From contig NC_068991.1 in NCBI RefSeq assembly GCF_001194135.2, positions 51,104,107-51,168,106 on the forward strand: a DNA stretch of 64,000 bases. The letters are read 5' to 3'. The position numbers and the translations under genes were made by a program. The notes below the pieces were generated by a model. It did not search any database. It saw only the letters and a list, made by a program, of their open reading frames with translations, and was not told the origin of the DNA. The DNA comes from Octopus bimaculoides. Its lineage: Eukaryota. Numbering within the stretch: the first letter of the stretch is position 1; every line of letters begins with the position of its first letter. Below, one piece after another: positions 25,183-38,284 of the stretch.

Positions 25183-26800
25183 TATATAATTAAAAATCAC
25201 TCAATCTGTTGAATTCATCTTCTCACGGTTTCCTGGTTGGAATATTAAATGTATTTTGCCATTTTGCAAGCTGGTAATTTCAACATGGTGAGTTAGCAAC
25301 TCCTTATGAGTTAAATGATACTTAAATGAGCACACAGGGTTTGGAAAAGAGAAAGAGTGATAGAAAGGGAAATAATTCACTTGAACAGACTCTTATAAGG
25401 GTGAAGATTTTATAAACCAATACAGGAGGCACAAAGGAAAAGCAAAGAGTGGGAAGGTTATTGGAATTATATAAGGCGAGATATAGGAGGGTCATTAGTA
25501 TTTAAGCATTTGTGCATCCATGAGGTAAATAAAGTTAGGTGAGACTGATGGATATATCACTACAAATATGATATGAGACTGATGGATATATCGCTACAAA
25601 AATGGTATAGCAGGGATATATTCATTGATTGGAGTTAAAAAGGATTGCATCCAAATTAATTTTTTATGGCTTTTCTGGTGATTTATCTCTAATTGCTGCT
25701 AAAATGCAATTTGTAAAGTGTGGACATTTTGCTTTTGGTATTTATACAGTTCCTTGATGTTCACAGGTTCTTCACTGTTTGTCTAACTCTTATTCAGATG
25801 TCACTTATCAGTTACCTATGTTGAGTGGAACATTCTTCACCTGAAAGAAAAATTAGCATTAATAACCATTAGTTTTTTCTGTTTTCAGATTAGATTAGAT
25901 TGAGATCTATCTGGTTTTTATATTCACCAGGCTAGAATGTGATCAAGTAGTTTGGTGGTTTTCTGAAATGGTTAGTTCATTTGTATCACAACATTCCTGA
26001 AACCTTGATGCACCATATTTCAGAAACTACAACCATAACTACTATGTATTTCTGAGTAACCCTCATGATACTGGCTGACACATCCATCGGAGTCACCAGT
26101 CGTCAAGATAGTATCAGTGTTATTTGTTATTAAGATGGCTCAGAAGAGAACCTTATAGAAGTAACTCTTTTACTCATCAGTCAGTCCCTATTGTGGGATA
26201 TAAGCAGAAATGCTGTTGCTATGCCAATAACTAAGTGAAGACTAATAATCCTGCAACATACTTTTATTATTTCTATTAAGTTACACATCCACTTTTTCAG
26301 CCATCTGAAACCCTTCTCTTACAAAGTAAACAACATTGTTTCCTTCCCAAAAGAATTTGTACTGCTGTTGTTTGCCTGTGAAGAGTCTGACCAAGGCTCC
26401 CCTCTGTCTTATCTCCCACAGACAGCACATATCTTAGTGGCATCTTGTAGTACAGTTACATGAAGTTCTGACATTAAAGTAATATGGACAAGGACAGGCA
26501 TTTATAGATGCACAGATGGACCAACCGCTTTTGCTTACAATTAGTTATTTCACCATCTTGTAACTTAGAAAAAGATGAGTCTATGATCTGTTCAATTTTT
26601 TTTGTGATTTATAAAAGGCATTCATCCACACAGATTCCATATACCTAGTTCATTCACAAGGCATAAGTCAGATTGATAGCCAGGAGCAAAATAGAAAACT
26701 CTTGCCAAAGTTGCCATGGTGGACCTGAACCCCAAACCAGATGGATGCAAAAAGAACTTCTTAAGCTCACAGTTATAAGCATGCCTATATATTCAACTTT

Positions 26801-27031
26801 AAAATTATTAATTATATTAAAAGATTTTTTAAAAAGAAGGCAGATTGACATAGACAGGATGGAAGGAGGTTTTGTGTAAGCACTTTCAGTGTTTTTAGCT
26901 TTTCAAACCAAGTGTATTTGAAAAACCAAAAACAGTGAAAGCACCTACACAAAATCATCCTTCCATCATGTCTGTGTTAATCTGCTTTTCTATTTTTTAG
27001 AGAGATTTTTAAAAAAATTATTAATAATTTT
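26801..27031. repeat. ~230-bp imperfect palindrome with a ~10-nt loop
   Basis: gcagattgacatagacaggatggaagg...gtgtttttagcttttcaaa versus tttgaaaaaccaaaaacagtg...ccttccatcatgtctgtgttaatctgc. Confidence 0.75.
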
Positions 27032-27899
27032 TATGTTAAGAAAACCGTTTTTCAAAGATATATGTATATATGTATGCTTTATGCACATATGCTTAATATT
27101 AATACATTCTTTTAATATTTTATATTTTTAGCATATTTTTGCTTGTATATATTGGATTACATTATTATGCATCTGCCTTATGCAAGGAGCAGTCTGTATA
27201 TTTATAACATAAAAGATGTTCTGAAAGATAGACAAACATGTGCACGTGCATGCGTGCATGTGCACGCACACACACACATGCACATGTTCATGCATACACA
27301 CATTTATGTGAGAAACAACAGAATGATTATAGAGAAATAGACACGAAGAAGACTATGGAGAGAAATTGATTTGTTCTAGAGATATGTCCATCTCATAATA
27401 TTGAAGTTAGTTTCATACTGTTTCAATATTATTAGTCCATTGTACCCATTTAACTAGTAGGGTTGTTTGCCTCTGCTATAGTTTAACTAGATTGTCACCC
27501 AATCAATATCATCAATATATCTAGGGGCTAGTGACAACATGAAACAAGGTTAGCTGACTCATTCTTGATGATGTTAATCTCATTCAATAGCTTCACAACT
27601 TTCTATTGATTTCTCTTCCCTTTACCTTATCTTTTCATTTGAAATATTCACAGTCATTTGTAACTGTAAACAAACTTGATTATATTTGTATTATATTTGC
27701 ACTTATTTTAAATGTGAAAACCAAATCTAAATTTCGTTCCTTTACGTGCAGCTTTTCGGTTTTTTTTTTCATCAGTTGTATCTCATCCGTTTCTATATGG
27801 CAAATTTGAAGACAACATATTTTTTTACTCATCTTAATTGATGTATATATTTACATATATTCTTTTATTAATCGACTAGTTTCAGCTCATGTAGTTGTT

Positions 27900-28820
27900 G
27901 TCATACCTGTCTTGCATCTAGAAAATGAGTTAGCTCACTTCCTTCATCTGTATCTCATGCTGTAATGTCAGCTCACTAGAGACTGTTCAGAGCAAAAACC
28001 ATTTTGAAACTGTTGACATTGGCTCTGTGTATATCTTCTGTATTTTCATGGAGTGCATTGAACAACTGTGGTTCCTTGAAATGCATGAATTTTGATACTT
28101 TTTTTCTTTTTTCAAGGTGAAGGAGATAGGACTTTTGGAACTAAGGCATTTACATTCAATTTGGAAATTGTCTTCTTTTCAGTTTCAAAGTTTGGCACTT
28201 TGACACAAAGTCTTTACAGAAATAGATAAGTGTACAGAACTCCCTTCCTCATTCCAGGAAATATAATCTCAAAGATTAAATTTCAAACTGTTTCTTTCTT
28301 AATATTTAGATCCTTGTTGTGAAGTAGGTGTCATTTTCTTCTTCAGTTTGGAAATTTTAGTGATTGATCTGCAATGATTGGTCACATGTAGGTGATTATT
28401 GAACAGAGTCTAACTGTTGTTTTGTTTGGTGTTGTTTGTCAATGGCCATTCCATAGAGACAAAATGAATTGGAGTTTTAGATTTCACCATGAATTTGAAG
28501 TTTGGTTTGGTTCAGCTCTTTTTAAGTGAAATGGTATATTTCATTGTTCTCAGTATGAATTCTGACATAGTTTAGATGGAAGGAAGCACATTTCTACCCT
28601 TTGTAGTTCTTTATTTGGGTGCAATGCCATGGCCTTTGCACAGAGGTTATTGTGTGGGTGGCTTCGGCAGTTTTGATCAAATTTTGCTCTAATGTTTATA
28701 TAGAAAAACCAAACACTCAAGAGGATATTGTCTTTTCATTCTTCCCAGTTATGATTGGCTCATGCTGGAGGTGGGTTGATGTCCATATTTGGAAGATAGA
28801 AATTGATCGCACTGGAAGTG
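27900..28820 (-). mobile_element. Degenerate CR1/L2-group LINE 3' fragment
   Basis: The minus strand near 28080-28000 reads like PQLFNAL.ENIRDI..ANVNSFK, the typical C-terminal GPRLFNxLP motif; heavily mutated. Confidence 0.5.
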
Positions 28821-29108
28821 CCTAATTAGTTATTTCATTAATTTTCTTTTCTGCAACTGATGTGTTTTACCACTTTTATTCTTCTTATTTATATATGTAC
28901 ACAAATTAACATACATAGCCACGTTTATGTGTGTATGTGTGTATGTGAGTGCATGCTTATGTGTGTGCATGTATGTTAGGTAGTGTATTCATTGGCACAT
29001 ATATAGTATGCATTAATCTATGTACGTGTTTCTTTGAACGTCTACAAACATGTTTATTTGTGCACATCCGTTTAAGAACTTCTTCAAACTGGTTAATAAC
29101 CCTCATTC

Positions 29109-29165
<57 letters not shown>

Positions 29166-29654
29166 TGTCTGTATGTATTTATGTATGTGTGTGTATGTAT
29201 GTATTTAAGTATGTATTTGTATAATCTCCCTATATATGCAACTATTTCCTTCCACTCACTTCAACACATATACACATATGAACATACTCAAAATAGATTG
29301 TACTGAATCCCATCAAACTTCCTGAAGTGATGGCAAATATTCTGATACATCAATGTGATATTTTCTTAACCAAATATTCACATATTTATGTGCGCTGTGT
29401 CCTTAACCAAGCCCATAAGGTATAAGAAAATACATTAAAAAAATGCAAAATGTTTAAAAAACGAACATAAGTAGTGAAAATATATTAATTTCATGAAGGA
29501 AGTCATGTTGCTGTGGGGGAGATAGCAATGATAAATCTGAGAAGCTCATTAATCAGGAATTGTGTGAGAGTAAACCTATACATGTCATTTCTAGGTTGCT
29601 GCTCCCTTCTCTGCTTACCATATTTCTCAACCTGTTGATTGGCTGGAGTTGTTG

Positions 29655-29669
29655 TTATTATTATTATTA

Positions 29670-29712
<43 letters not shown>

Positions 29713-29860
29713 CATTATTATTATTATCATTATTATTATTGTTATTATTGTTGTTATTGCTGCTGCTGCTGTTTATTGGAGCTGAAATTTGAGGCAGCAC
29801 CTCTCACATATAACCCACCACCACCACCTGCATTATTATTGCTGCTGCTGTTGCAACCAT

Positions 29861-29894
<34 letters not shown>

Positions 29895-29965
29895 GCTACT
29901 ACTGCTGCTGCTGCTGCTACCACCACTGTCACAACCACCACCACCACTACTGCTGCTGCTGCTAT

Positions 29966-30002
<37 letters not shown>

Positions 30003-30003
30003 T
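29655..30003. repeat. Compound trinucleotide microsatellite (TAT/CTG/CCA/CTA)
   Basis: Direct reading; it produces the low-complexity ORFs in the track. Confidence 0.9.
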
Positions 30004-30827
30004 ATCCTCTTTCTCAATCACATAATCAAATCTTATGTATTCTATGGTAGACATTGCAGCTCATTATATCCTGTTGTCACCCTTTAGTATATTCACACAC
30101 TACCACTTAAAACCAAAGCAAGTCGGTTCAGCTGATCACTGTAGCAGGTAAATGTCTTCACTGCTGTGTCTCCAAAATCTACCCTGTACTTCCTCTGTCA
30201 ACTACAACTAATACTTGCATCAGACAAATATTCTTCAAAGCTAGTCATAGCTGAGGTCACAGCTCCAAAAACAATAAGTTCCCACTTCATCATCATCATC
30301 GTTTAACGTCCGCTTTCCATGCTAGCATGGGTTGGACGATTTGACTNNNNNNNNNNNNNNNNNNNNNNNNNNNNNNNNNNNNNNNNNNNNNNNNNNNNNN
30401 NNNNNNNNNNNNNNNNNNNNNNNNNNNNNNNNNNNNNNNNNNNNNNNNNNNNNNNNNNNNNNNNNNNNNNNNNNNNNNNNNNNNNNNNNNNNNNNNNNNN
30501 NNNNNNNNNNNNNNNNNNNNNNNNNNNNNNNNNNNNNNNNNNNNNNNNNNNNNNNNNNNNNNNNNNNNNNNNNNNNNNNNNNNNNNNNNNNNNNNNNNNN
30601 NNNNNNNNNNNNNNNNNNNNNNNNNNNNNNNNNNNNNNNNNNNNNNNNNNNNNNNNNNNNNNNNNNNNNNNNNNNNNNNNNNNNNNNNNNNNNNNNNNNN
30701 NNNNNNNNNNNNNNNNNNNNNNNNNNNNNNNNNNNNNNNNNNNNNNNNNNNNNNNNNNNNNNNNNNNNNNNTCAACACCTAAATCATTATGTCCTCCAGT
30801 AAAGATGGAAATACCTGCATCTAGGAT

Positions 30828-31241
30828 ACTCTTTACTCTTTTTTGCTCTTTTACTTGTTTCAGTCATTTGACTGCGGTCATGCTGGAGCACTGCCTTTAG
30901 TCGAGCAAATCGATCCCAGGACTTATTCTTTGTAAGCCTAGTACTTATTCTATCGGTCTCTTTTGCTGAACTACTAAGTTACAGGGACGTAAACACACCA
31001 CCATCGGTTGTCAAGTGATGTTGGGGGGACAAACACAGATACACAAGCACATGCACACACACACACACATATATATATATACATATATACGACAGGCTTC
31101 TTTCAGTTTCCGTCTACCAAATCCACTTACAAGGCTTTGGTCGGCCCAAGGCTATAGTAGAAGACACTTGCCCAAGATGCCACGCAGTGGGAATGAACCC
31201 GGAACCATGTGGTTAGTAAGCAAGCTACTTACCACACAGCC
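30828..31241 (-). mobile_element. SINE family A, near full length
   Basis: Full tail-to-head match to the 43905-44338 copy, including the tRNA-like head gggaatgaacccggaaccatgtgg...taccacacagcc. Confidence 0.85.
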
Positions 31242-31589
31242 GCTGCACAAATGTTGAGAAATCATGCTACGAGGCTGCACCACGCTCCAATCTGATTTGA
31301 TCAAGACTATAACATCAACATACCTTCTATTTTATAACTGTACCTTAGGAGTGAAGTTCCTTATGAGCTTAACCACCTTTGGTGAAAGGTTTCGGTTTAT
31401 TCAATCTGGCCAAACCAGAATTACACAAGAAGAACAGTTTCTCATATTGGCTCAATATAATTTAGTGAAAAAAAAGGTGTCATTAATTAAATTATTAAAT
31501 TAACCGAATTTATTGCCAAGACTTACTTTATTTAACTTTGAGTGATGGAAAATAGTGTCATATTTGATGAATAAGGGTTATTGATGGAA

Positions 31590-31900
31590 ATGTTCTGATA
31601 AAAATGGCAATCCAATGCAAACACAAGAAGCCTAATACCATTCTGTGGGAAATAAGAATCATGCATTGTTGTTGAGATCTGCTGCCTGGGAGATGTAAAT
31701 ATTTCATCTAAAATTGAGGAAAGAAGAATATTTATGGAGAACTAATCAGAAAATCTATAGGGAACATCTTATAGCTCTTATATCAAGGTTTAGAGATCTT
31801 CATTTGTAAATTTTATTGCAGATGAAATTTTCCTACATAAGACCAGATTTGTATAGGATCCAAGACATTGTGGGCTTCTCCAAGAAAGAACAGAAGTGAT
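31590..31900 (+). mobile_element. Degenerate restriction-like endonuclease (REL) domain of an R4/Dong-type non-LTR element
   Basis: Frameshifted reading IQCKHKKPNTILWE../CIVVEICCLGDVNISSKIEE/KNIYGELIR matches the HNRPDIV...EVxCPxDxNI..K..EK..Y..L pattern. Confidence 0.55.
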
Positions 31901-32412
31901 TTGCAGAAAAGAGAAATATACTTCCACTTGATGCTATAGAAATTATTGCTGAAAACAGGCTTTAAGAATTCTTGAGATTTTGAGAAAAAACAAATCAACT
32001 TGAGTAATTTTGAATTTAGCATGCATTCTTCAACATCATGCTACTACCACCACCACCACCACCATTTGCCTTCTGCTGTGATGGTGGCAGCAGCGGTAGC
32101 AGCAGCAGCAACATTAGTAATAGTAGTAGTAGTAGTAGTAATTCGCAATATTTGAGAACAGGAATAGTATCTAATCATTAGATATTCAGTTCACTCCCTG
32201 CCAAGGAATGGTCAATCCAGTTATTTCTAATTACAAGAGTCTGAAACAACATAATGGTTCTGGGTGGTTGTTTTGTTTTATGATGGATCCATGCTGTAAG
32301 TCTCTGCTTTCCCTTTGTTGTTGCCTGCATTTCAGGGACAATTTATCTATCATTCATCATGAAAGGTCAATACTATTGTCATAGAAGGCACTGGGAACTT
32401 TCTTTTTGGAAA

Positions 32413-32457
<45 letters not shown>

Positions 32458-33139
32458 ACGCACGTGCGTGCGTGTGTGTGTGTGCGTGTGCTTTGAATAA
32501 ATCAAAGAGTTTTATCATGAGGTTCTATGTAATTTGGGCAATTGATGTTTTTACTAGTGAAGTGTCCTTTCCAACAGTTTGGTCAATAAATAAATAAAAG
32601 AAAAAAAATTACTTTCATGAATTGAACAAGAAAAACACTGATTTTTACTTTATCCCTTCCATGTCTTCTTCCTTCCTTCATTCCACCCATTACTATTAAT
32701 GTTTTCACTTCCTTCTTCTTCAGTGAGAAATTTACTGATCAGAGAAATTGATTTCAATAGATTTAGTTTGGCTTTGGTAAAAACTGACATTTTCAATTTT
32801 GTCTAATTTTAGACATCATGTACTCATGTAAGGCTTAGACTATCTAGCTTAGTTAGTCTGTTTGGGTTCTGTGTTAACATTTCAAACACTGCTGTCTACA
32901 TTTTGTTTCCATGTATGATATATATATATATGTATATATTTATGTGTGTGCCTTTGTGTCTGTATTTGTCCCCTCCACCCATCGGTTGACAGCTGATGCT
33001 GGCAGTTCAGCAAAAGAGGCCGATAGGATAAGTACCGAGCTTACAAAGAATAAGTGCTAGGGTTGATTTCTTTGACTAAAAGGTAGTGCTCTAGCATGGC
33101 CAGAGTCAAATGACTGAAGCAAATAAAAGAATATATATA

Positions 33140-33186
<47 letters not shown>

Positions 33187-34569
33187 AGACCGATAGAATA
33201 AGCTTAAAAAGCAAATAGGTCAATGGGGTCAAATTTCCTTGAGGTGGTACCCCAGCATGCCATGGCCACAGTCTAATGACTGAAACATATATATACATAT
33301 ATCATTAACACCATCATCATCATTTAGCGTTCGCTTTCCATGTTAGTATGGGTTGGATGGTTTGACTGAGGACTGACAAGCCAGGAGGCTGCACCAGGCT
33401 CCAATCTAATCGGGCAAGGTTTCTACAGCTGGATGCCCTTCCTAATGCTACCCACTCCGAGAGTGTAGTGGGTGGGTTTTACATGCAAACATATTTCTCC
33501 AAAATAGTCCTCCCACTTGTAAGATACATTTAGTATAATACAAATAAGAACATACACTAAATGTATCTTACAAGTGGGAGGACTATTTTGGAGAAATATG
33601 TTTGCTATATTCTCCATGAGTGCTTAAATATGGTGAGTGACGTGTTACTTTGGAGGGTTTTAACTCCTCCTTCAAGCAAAATGGTACATATTGTACCCCG
33701 ACTTTTTATTATATATTTTGCTTATTTGAATTATGTTTGCTGGCTGCTTTATCATTATTTTTATATATAATGATAACTTATTTGAATTTATATACATATA
33801 TCTATATGCACATACATACATATGGATACATATACACATATGCATGGATGGAAATAAAAAGTGCACTAAAATATACGATTATTAAACAAGACATAAATTG
33901 AAGAACAGGAAAGATTTTAATGTAATTCAACCCCTTCTCCCTATTTCAAATAACTATTTCTCAGACTATGTTCAAGTGGAATTGTGTGCACCGGTAAGAA
34001 TTGTTTGAGATATTTGATTTTGATGCTGAAAGACATTGACATTTCTGGAGTATTCTTTTTTGATATAATGTCTTAATTTTAATTTTACAAAAATCTATCT
34101 TTTGCATGTTGTTTATATTCTGAGCCTAATTTTTTTGTGGCATTACAAATTCTTGGGTGAGCCCATGCCACCAAAGATGCACAATTCTGTCTATTAACTT
34201 TTTGTTTAGTTTTCAAAGAATGACAAACCTTGGTTCATCTTTATCCTCTCCATTATCTGTTATTTTTCTAAGGAAGGATTTCGTTGTCATTTTTCACCTG
34301 TTTTCATTGTTTTATGTTAAGGTTCTCTTTCTGTGATTTTTTTCCTTGTTTTCCCTTCATATTTTCGTCTGCAAGTACTTCTAATTTATTAAATAGTATT
34401 GGTGTAATACTAAAGGTTGATACTTTTAGAGGACAAGGTGTTTGCTCATCTATTTGTAAGACTTGGCCTGAAAAAATTTCCTTTGTTATCCACTGAGGTT
34501 TGACTGGTGTTGCTCTGGAAAGTGGAGTTTATTGTTCTCTTTCTTATTGGTTTTGGTTGTTATTTTTGT

Positions 34570-34720
34570 TCTCATTGTTTTTGCGTAATCTTTCTTCAGG
34601 TCATTCAGCTTTAAAATGTGTTTTACTCCAACAAACATAACATCTAGGCTTTCTGCCTTGTATTCCACCTTCTACTGGGCACTGTTCCAGTATGGCTTTG
34701 TGGCTTTGGGGTCATTAGAA
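34570..34720 (-). mobile_element. Degenerate CCHC zinc knuckle of a LINE ORF1/gag-like protein
   Basis: The minus frame reads VEGGIQGRKPRCYVCWSKTHFKAE*P, a C-X2-C-X4-H-X4-C pattern with the last Cys codon mutated to TGA. Confidence 0.55.
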
Positions 34721-36112
34721 CTTGCAAAGTAGCTAAATTCTTTTTGTTGTTGTTGAGTCTGATCTTTGTGAACAGTTTTTATGATAGAAGCAGCTGATCA
34801 AACAAATAATTCAGTTGATGTTTCAAGGTGCACCCATTCGTCTGTACACTATAAATAATACATAGATGTTAAAAGGTGAGTTTTCTCATTTCAAAGGTGT
34901 TACAGAGTTTGTTGGGGGGTGAGAGCTGGCTGTTACATTAAACAGAATAAAAAACTTTATAGTCATTACCTTGGCCTTGCAATTTAAATATTTCATATGA
35001 AGCAGTCCACATGATTATTTATGAGGACAAACAGCTGCTATTTGATTGAAAGAAGAAATATTTAATATATAATTACTTTCTTTGTTATACTAAAACAGAT
35101 GGTGAGAAGAATCTCTGAAATAGTTCTATGCTTGATAGATTCAGTTATTTACTATGTTCCAATACTGATATACTTGAGTGATGTAAAATATTGATTAATA
35201 TATTTTTGTCAGGTACTAGTTACACACTGATAAATATCTGTGATGCTCGGACCAACCAATATAGTTTTTTTTTTTTTTGAGATATGTTGTCAAGAATTAT
35301 ATATATGTGGTATTCCGAGCTATGTTTATGATATATTCATTAGATGATATATTTTGTAATGGTTTTGTATTTGTTGTGATAAAATGTTGTTTTTTTTCTT
35401 TATATCATGGCATATGTCGTCATAATTACTGGATTTTTGTAATGCATCACTATATCTTGTGTTTATACTATTCTAGACTATACATACATACATATACACA
35501 TACGTACATACATACATACATACATACATACATACATACATACATACATACATACATACATTCTGTGTTGATTGGTTTCTGTGATATAAGCTTGTTATTC
35601 TTTAACTGATATCAATCACTGGACTGCAGCCATGCTGGAGCACCATCTTTAAGGATTTTAATCAATTACATCAACCTCTCTGCTGTGACTTAACCCAGTG
35701 TGGTATTTATTTTGACCATCTCTGTTTATTGAACAGCTAAGTTATCTTCTGAGATAAAGGATGAAAATCAAGACAGGTAGATACAAATACAGAGGTATAC
35801 AAACATACATTCACTTACACACGTGTTTGCATGTGTATGTATACATAATAGACTTCTTCATGGTTTCCATTGTCCTATCTCCATGCACAAAGCAGATGCC
35901 AATACTGATATATATTTTAAATTATTTAGTAGAAGAGGAACTATCAGTGTCCATAACCATTTCTAGCATCCTAAGAATGGTTACGTCTATGCAGTGGATG
36001 CTCTCTAGATTGATTGGAGGTGGGGTTGTCGGGTGGAATATATAAATTTATCTTTTGGCATTCAGACTGCTTCTGTTGCTATTAAGTATTTTTTAATAAA
36101 CCCACTTATGAA

Positions 36113-36445
36113 GGCACATGGCTCAGTGGTTAGAGCGCTGGGTTCACGATCATGAGGTAGTGAGTTTGATTCCCGGACTGGACTGTGTATTGTGTTCTTG
36201 AGCAAGACACTTCATTTCATGTTGCTCCAGTTCACTCAGCTGTACAAATAAGTTGCTATGTCACTGGTGCCAAGCTGTATCGGCATTTGCTATTCCTTTG
36301 GATAACGTCGGTTGTGTGGAGAGGAGAGGCTGGTATACATGGGTGACTGTTGGTCTTCCATAAACAACCTTGCCTGGGCTTGTGCCTCAGAGGGGAACTT
36401 TCTTGGTGCAATCCCATGGTCAGTTATGATCGAAGGGGGTCTTTA
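36113..36445 (+). mobile_element. tRNA-derived SINE family C; other copies at ~13885-14010(+), 37560-37770(-), 42070-42340(-), 51215-51490(+)
   Basis: A-box tggctcagtggttagagc, B-box-like gagtttgattccc, and the central ttgagcaagacact...ttgctccagttcactcagctg shared among copies. Confidence 0.8.
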
Positions 36446-38063
36446 CCCTTTTTAATAAACCCACTAGCTATTTGTGACATCAGTGCTGGAATAGATATTT
36501 TATCTTTTATCGTTATCTTTTACTTGTTTCAGTCATTAGACTTTTGCCATGCTGAGGCACCACCTTGGAGAATTTTTAGTTGAATGAATTATTTTTTTTT
36601 AAGGCCTGATACTTTTTCTAAGGGTCTCCTTTATTGAATCACTAAGGTATGGGGACATAAACTCACTAACACTTGTTGTCAAGTGGTGGTGGTAGTGGGG
36701 GACAAACAAACACAAAAACACACACACAGATATATATATATATGAAAAGCTTCTTTCAGTTTCTCTCTACCAAATCCACTCACATGGCTTTAGTCAGCCT
36801 GGGGCTATAGTAGAAGACTGTTGCTCAAGGTTCCATGCAATGATACTGAACCTGGGATCATGTGGTTGGGAAGCTAGCTTCTTACCACATGGCCACATCT
36901 GATATTCTATATATCGTTGATGGGAGGTATGGCTGTTATGAAGCCACTGGATATCTGTCAGTGAAGATCAAAAATCAGGGTGAAATCATGTAACTTGGCA
37001 GTTGTGGCAGCTGTAGCAGACAATTCTTATCTGTCTACGATATATACACAAGCACTTTTATGCACCATGAGTCTATATGAGAGGTCTTCTCAAAGTAAAT
37101 AATGCAGTATTCTGTGTTCTAACACAACCTCCCTGTTAATTTGGAGATCAAGATTACCTGCTGGTATTCATACTACTTCTGTCACTATTAATAATAAATC
37201 TATTTCAGAAAGGTGAAAAAAATTTAAACAGTTTGAACATTTATTTCAATTAAGGCAGACACAAGTTCTAGGGGATTGCAGTTCTTGGAAGGAAGGACTA
37301 GGAAGAATGTTCAATGAGTGGTTGGGCAAGACAGAAAATTAGCCTAAACACAAAGGAGAATTCCCCAGCTCTGATTCAGAGCGATATAATACCACAATAG
37401 TTGTGGTAGAAGAGAGAGGATATGTGGGGAAAATACAGCTATAGTTCTCATTAAACTGGCACTCTGTTGGATATGATGATATGATGATCCGATCAACAGA
37501 ACAATCAGCTTGTGAGATTAGCATGCAAGTGGCTGAGCACTTCATAGGCACATGTACTCTGAATGTAGTTCTGAGGGAGATTCAGTATGACACAAAATGT
37601 GACAAGGCTGTCCCTTTGAAATACAGGCACTACTCATTTCTGCCAGCTGCATAGACTAGGGCAATGTGAGATAAAGTGTCTTGCTCAAGTACCTGACACA
37701 CTGCCAGGAATCAAACTGAAGACCTTATGATTGTGAGCCGAATACCCTAACCACTAAGCCACATGCCTTCTGGAAATTTATTTATAGTTTACACTCTAAC
37801 CTCCTGCTCTTTTCAGCTTACTCTTTAAATAGAGGAACTGGTTCATGTGACATCAAAGTGGGCCTGTGTGACACATACTGTGGTCAGTTCCCTATGATTC
37901 AACTCCCACCCTTTGGTTGTGATTCTTGACTAAATAGCTGGGTGCCTTTGTTTTTGTTTGTGTTCAAAGATATTTGTATGTGTCTGTGAGTAGTGTCAAC
38001 TGAGATACATGAGTAGTAATACCTTTATGTGATGGACTATATTGTTCTAGAAAACTACGTTAA

Positions 38064-38284
38064 CCCTTTAGCATTTAAGCAGGCCATATCTGGCCAAAAT
38101 ATTCCATCCATTTTATATTCAAACTGGTCAGATCTGGCCTCTTATACTAACCCTACAATATCATTCTCAAAATTAACATTTACCTCATCAAAAGCTCAAG
38201 AGCTACAAGACAGCGCAAGATTAATTCAAAATGATGTGAATAAATAAGCATTACTTTTGACAGAATAATATGAATGCTAAAGGA
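38064..38284. mobile_element. ~220-bp TTAA-flanked MITE (piggyBac-like ends); related copies at 40914-41127, 59029-59245 and partially ~49190-49400
   Basis: TTAA|ccctttagcatt...aatgctaaagga|TTAA; the other copies share ends and internal sequence. Confidence 0.75.

Noticed and set aside
25816-25840. Minus-strand 25-nt micro-exon candidate (ctttcag|gtgaag...catag|gtaact)
   Set aside because: No partner exons or homology could be identified.
26150-26182. Minus-strand CTGATGA-gtaa aagag ttac
   Set aside because: A stem II forms but GAAA is absent.
27730-27778. Minus-strand CTGATGA-A8CC-GAAA
   Set aside because: No stem II pairing; plausible by chance in A-rich sequence.
29503-30087. Poly-L/Y/S/I ORFs (also 47709-48054, 63618-63897)
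   Set aside because: Translations of trinucleotide microsatellites with no splice context.
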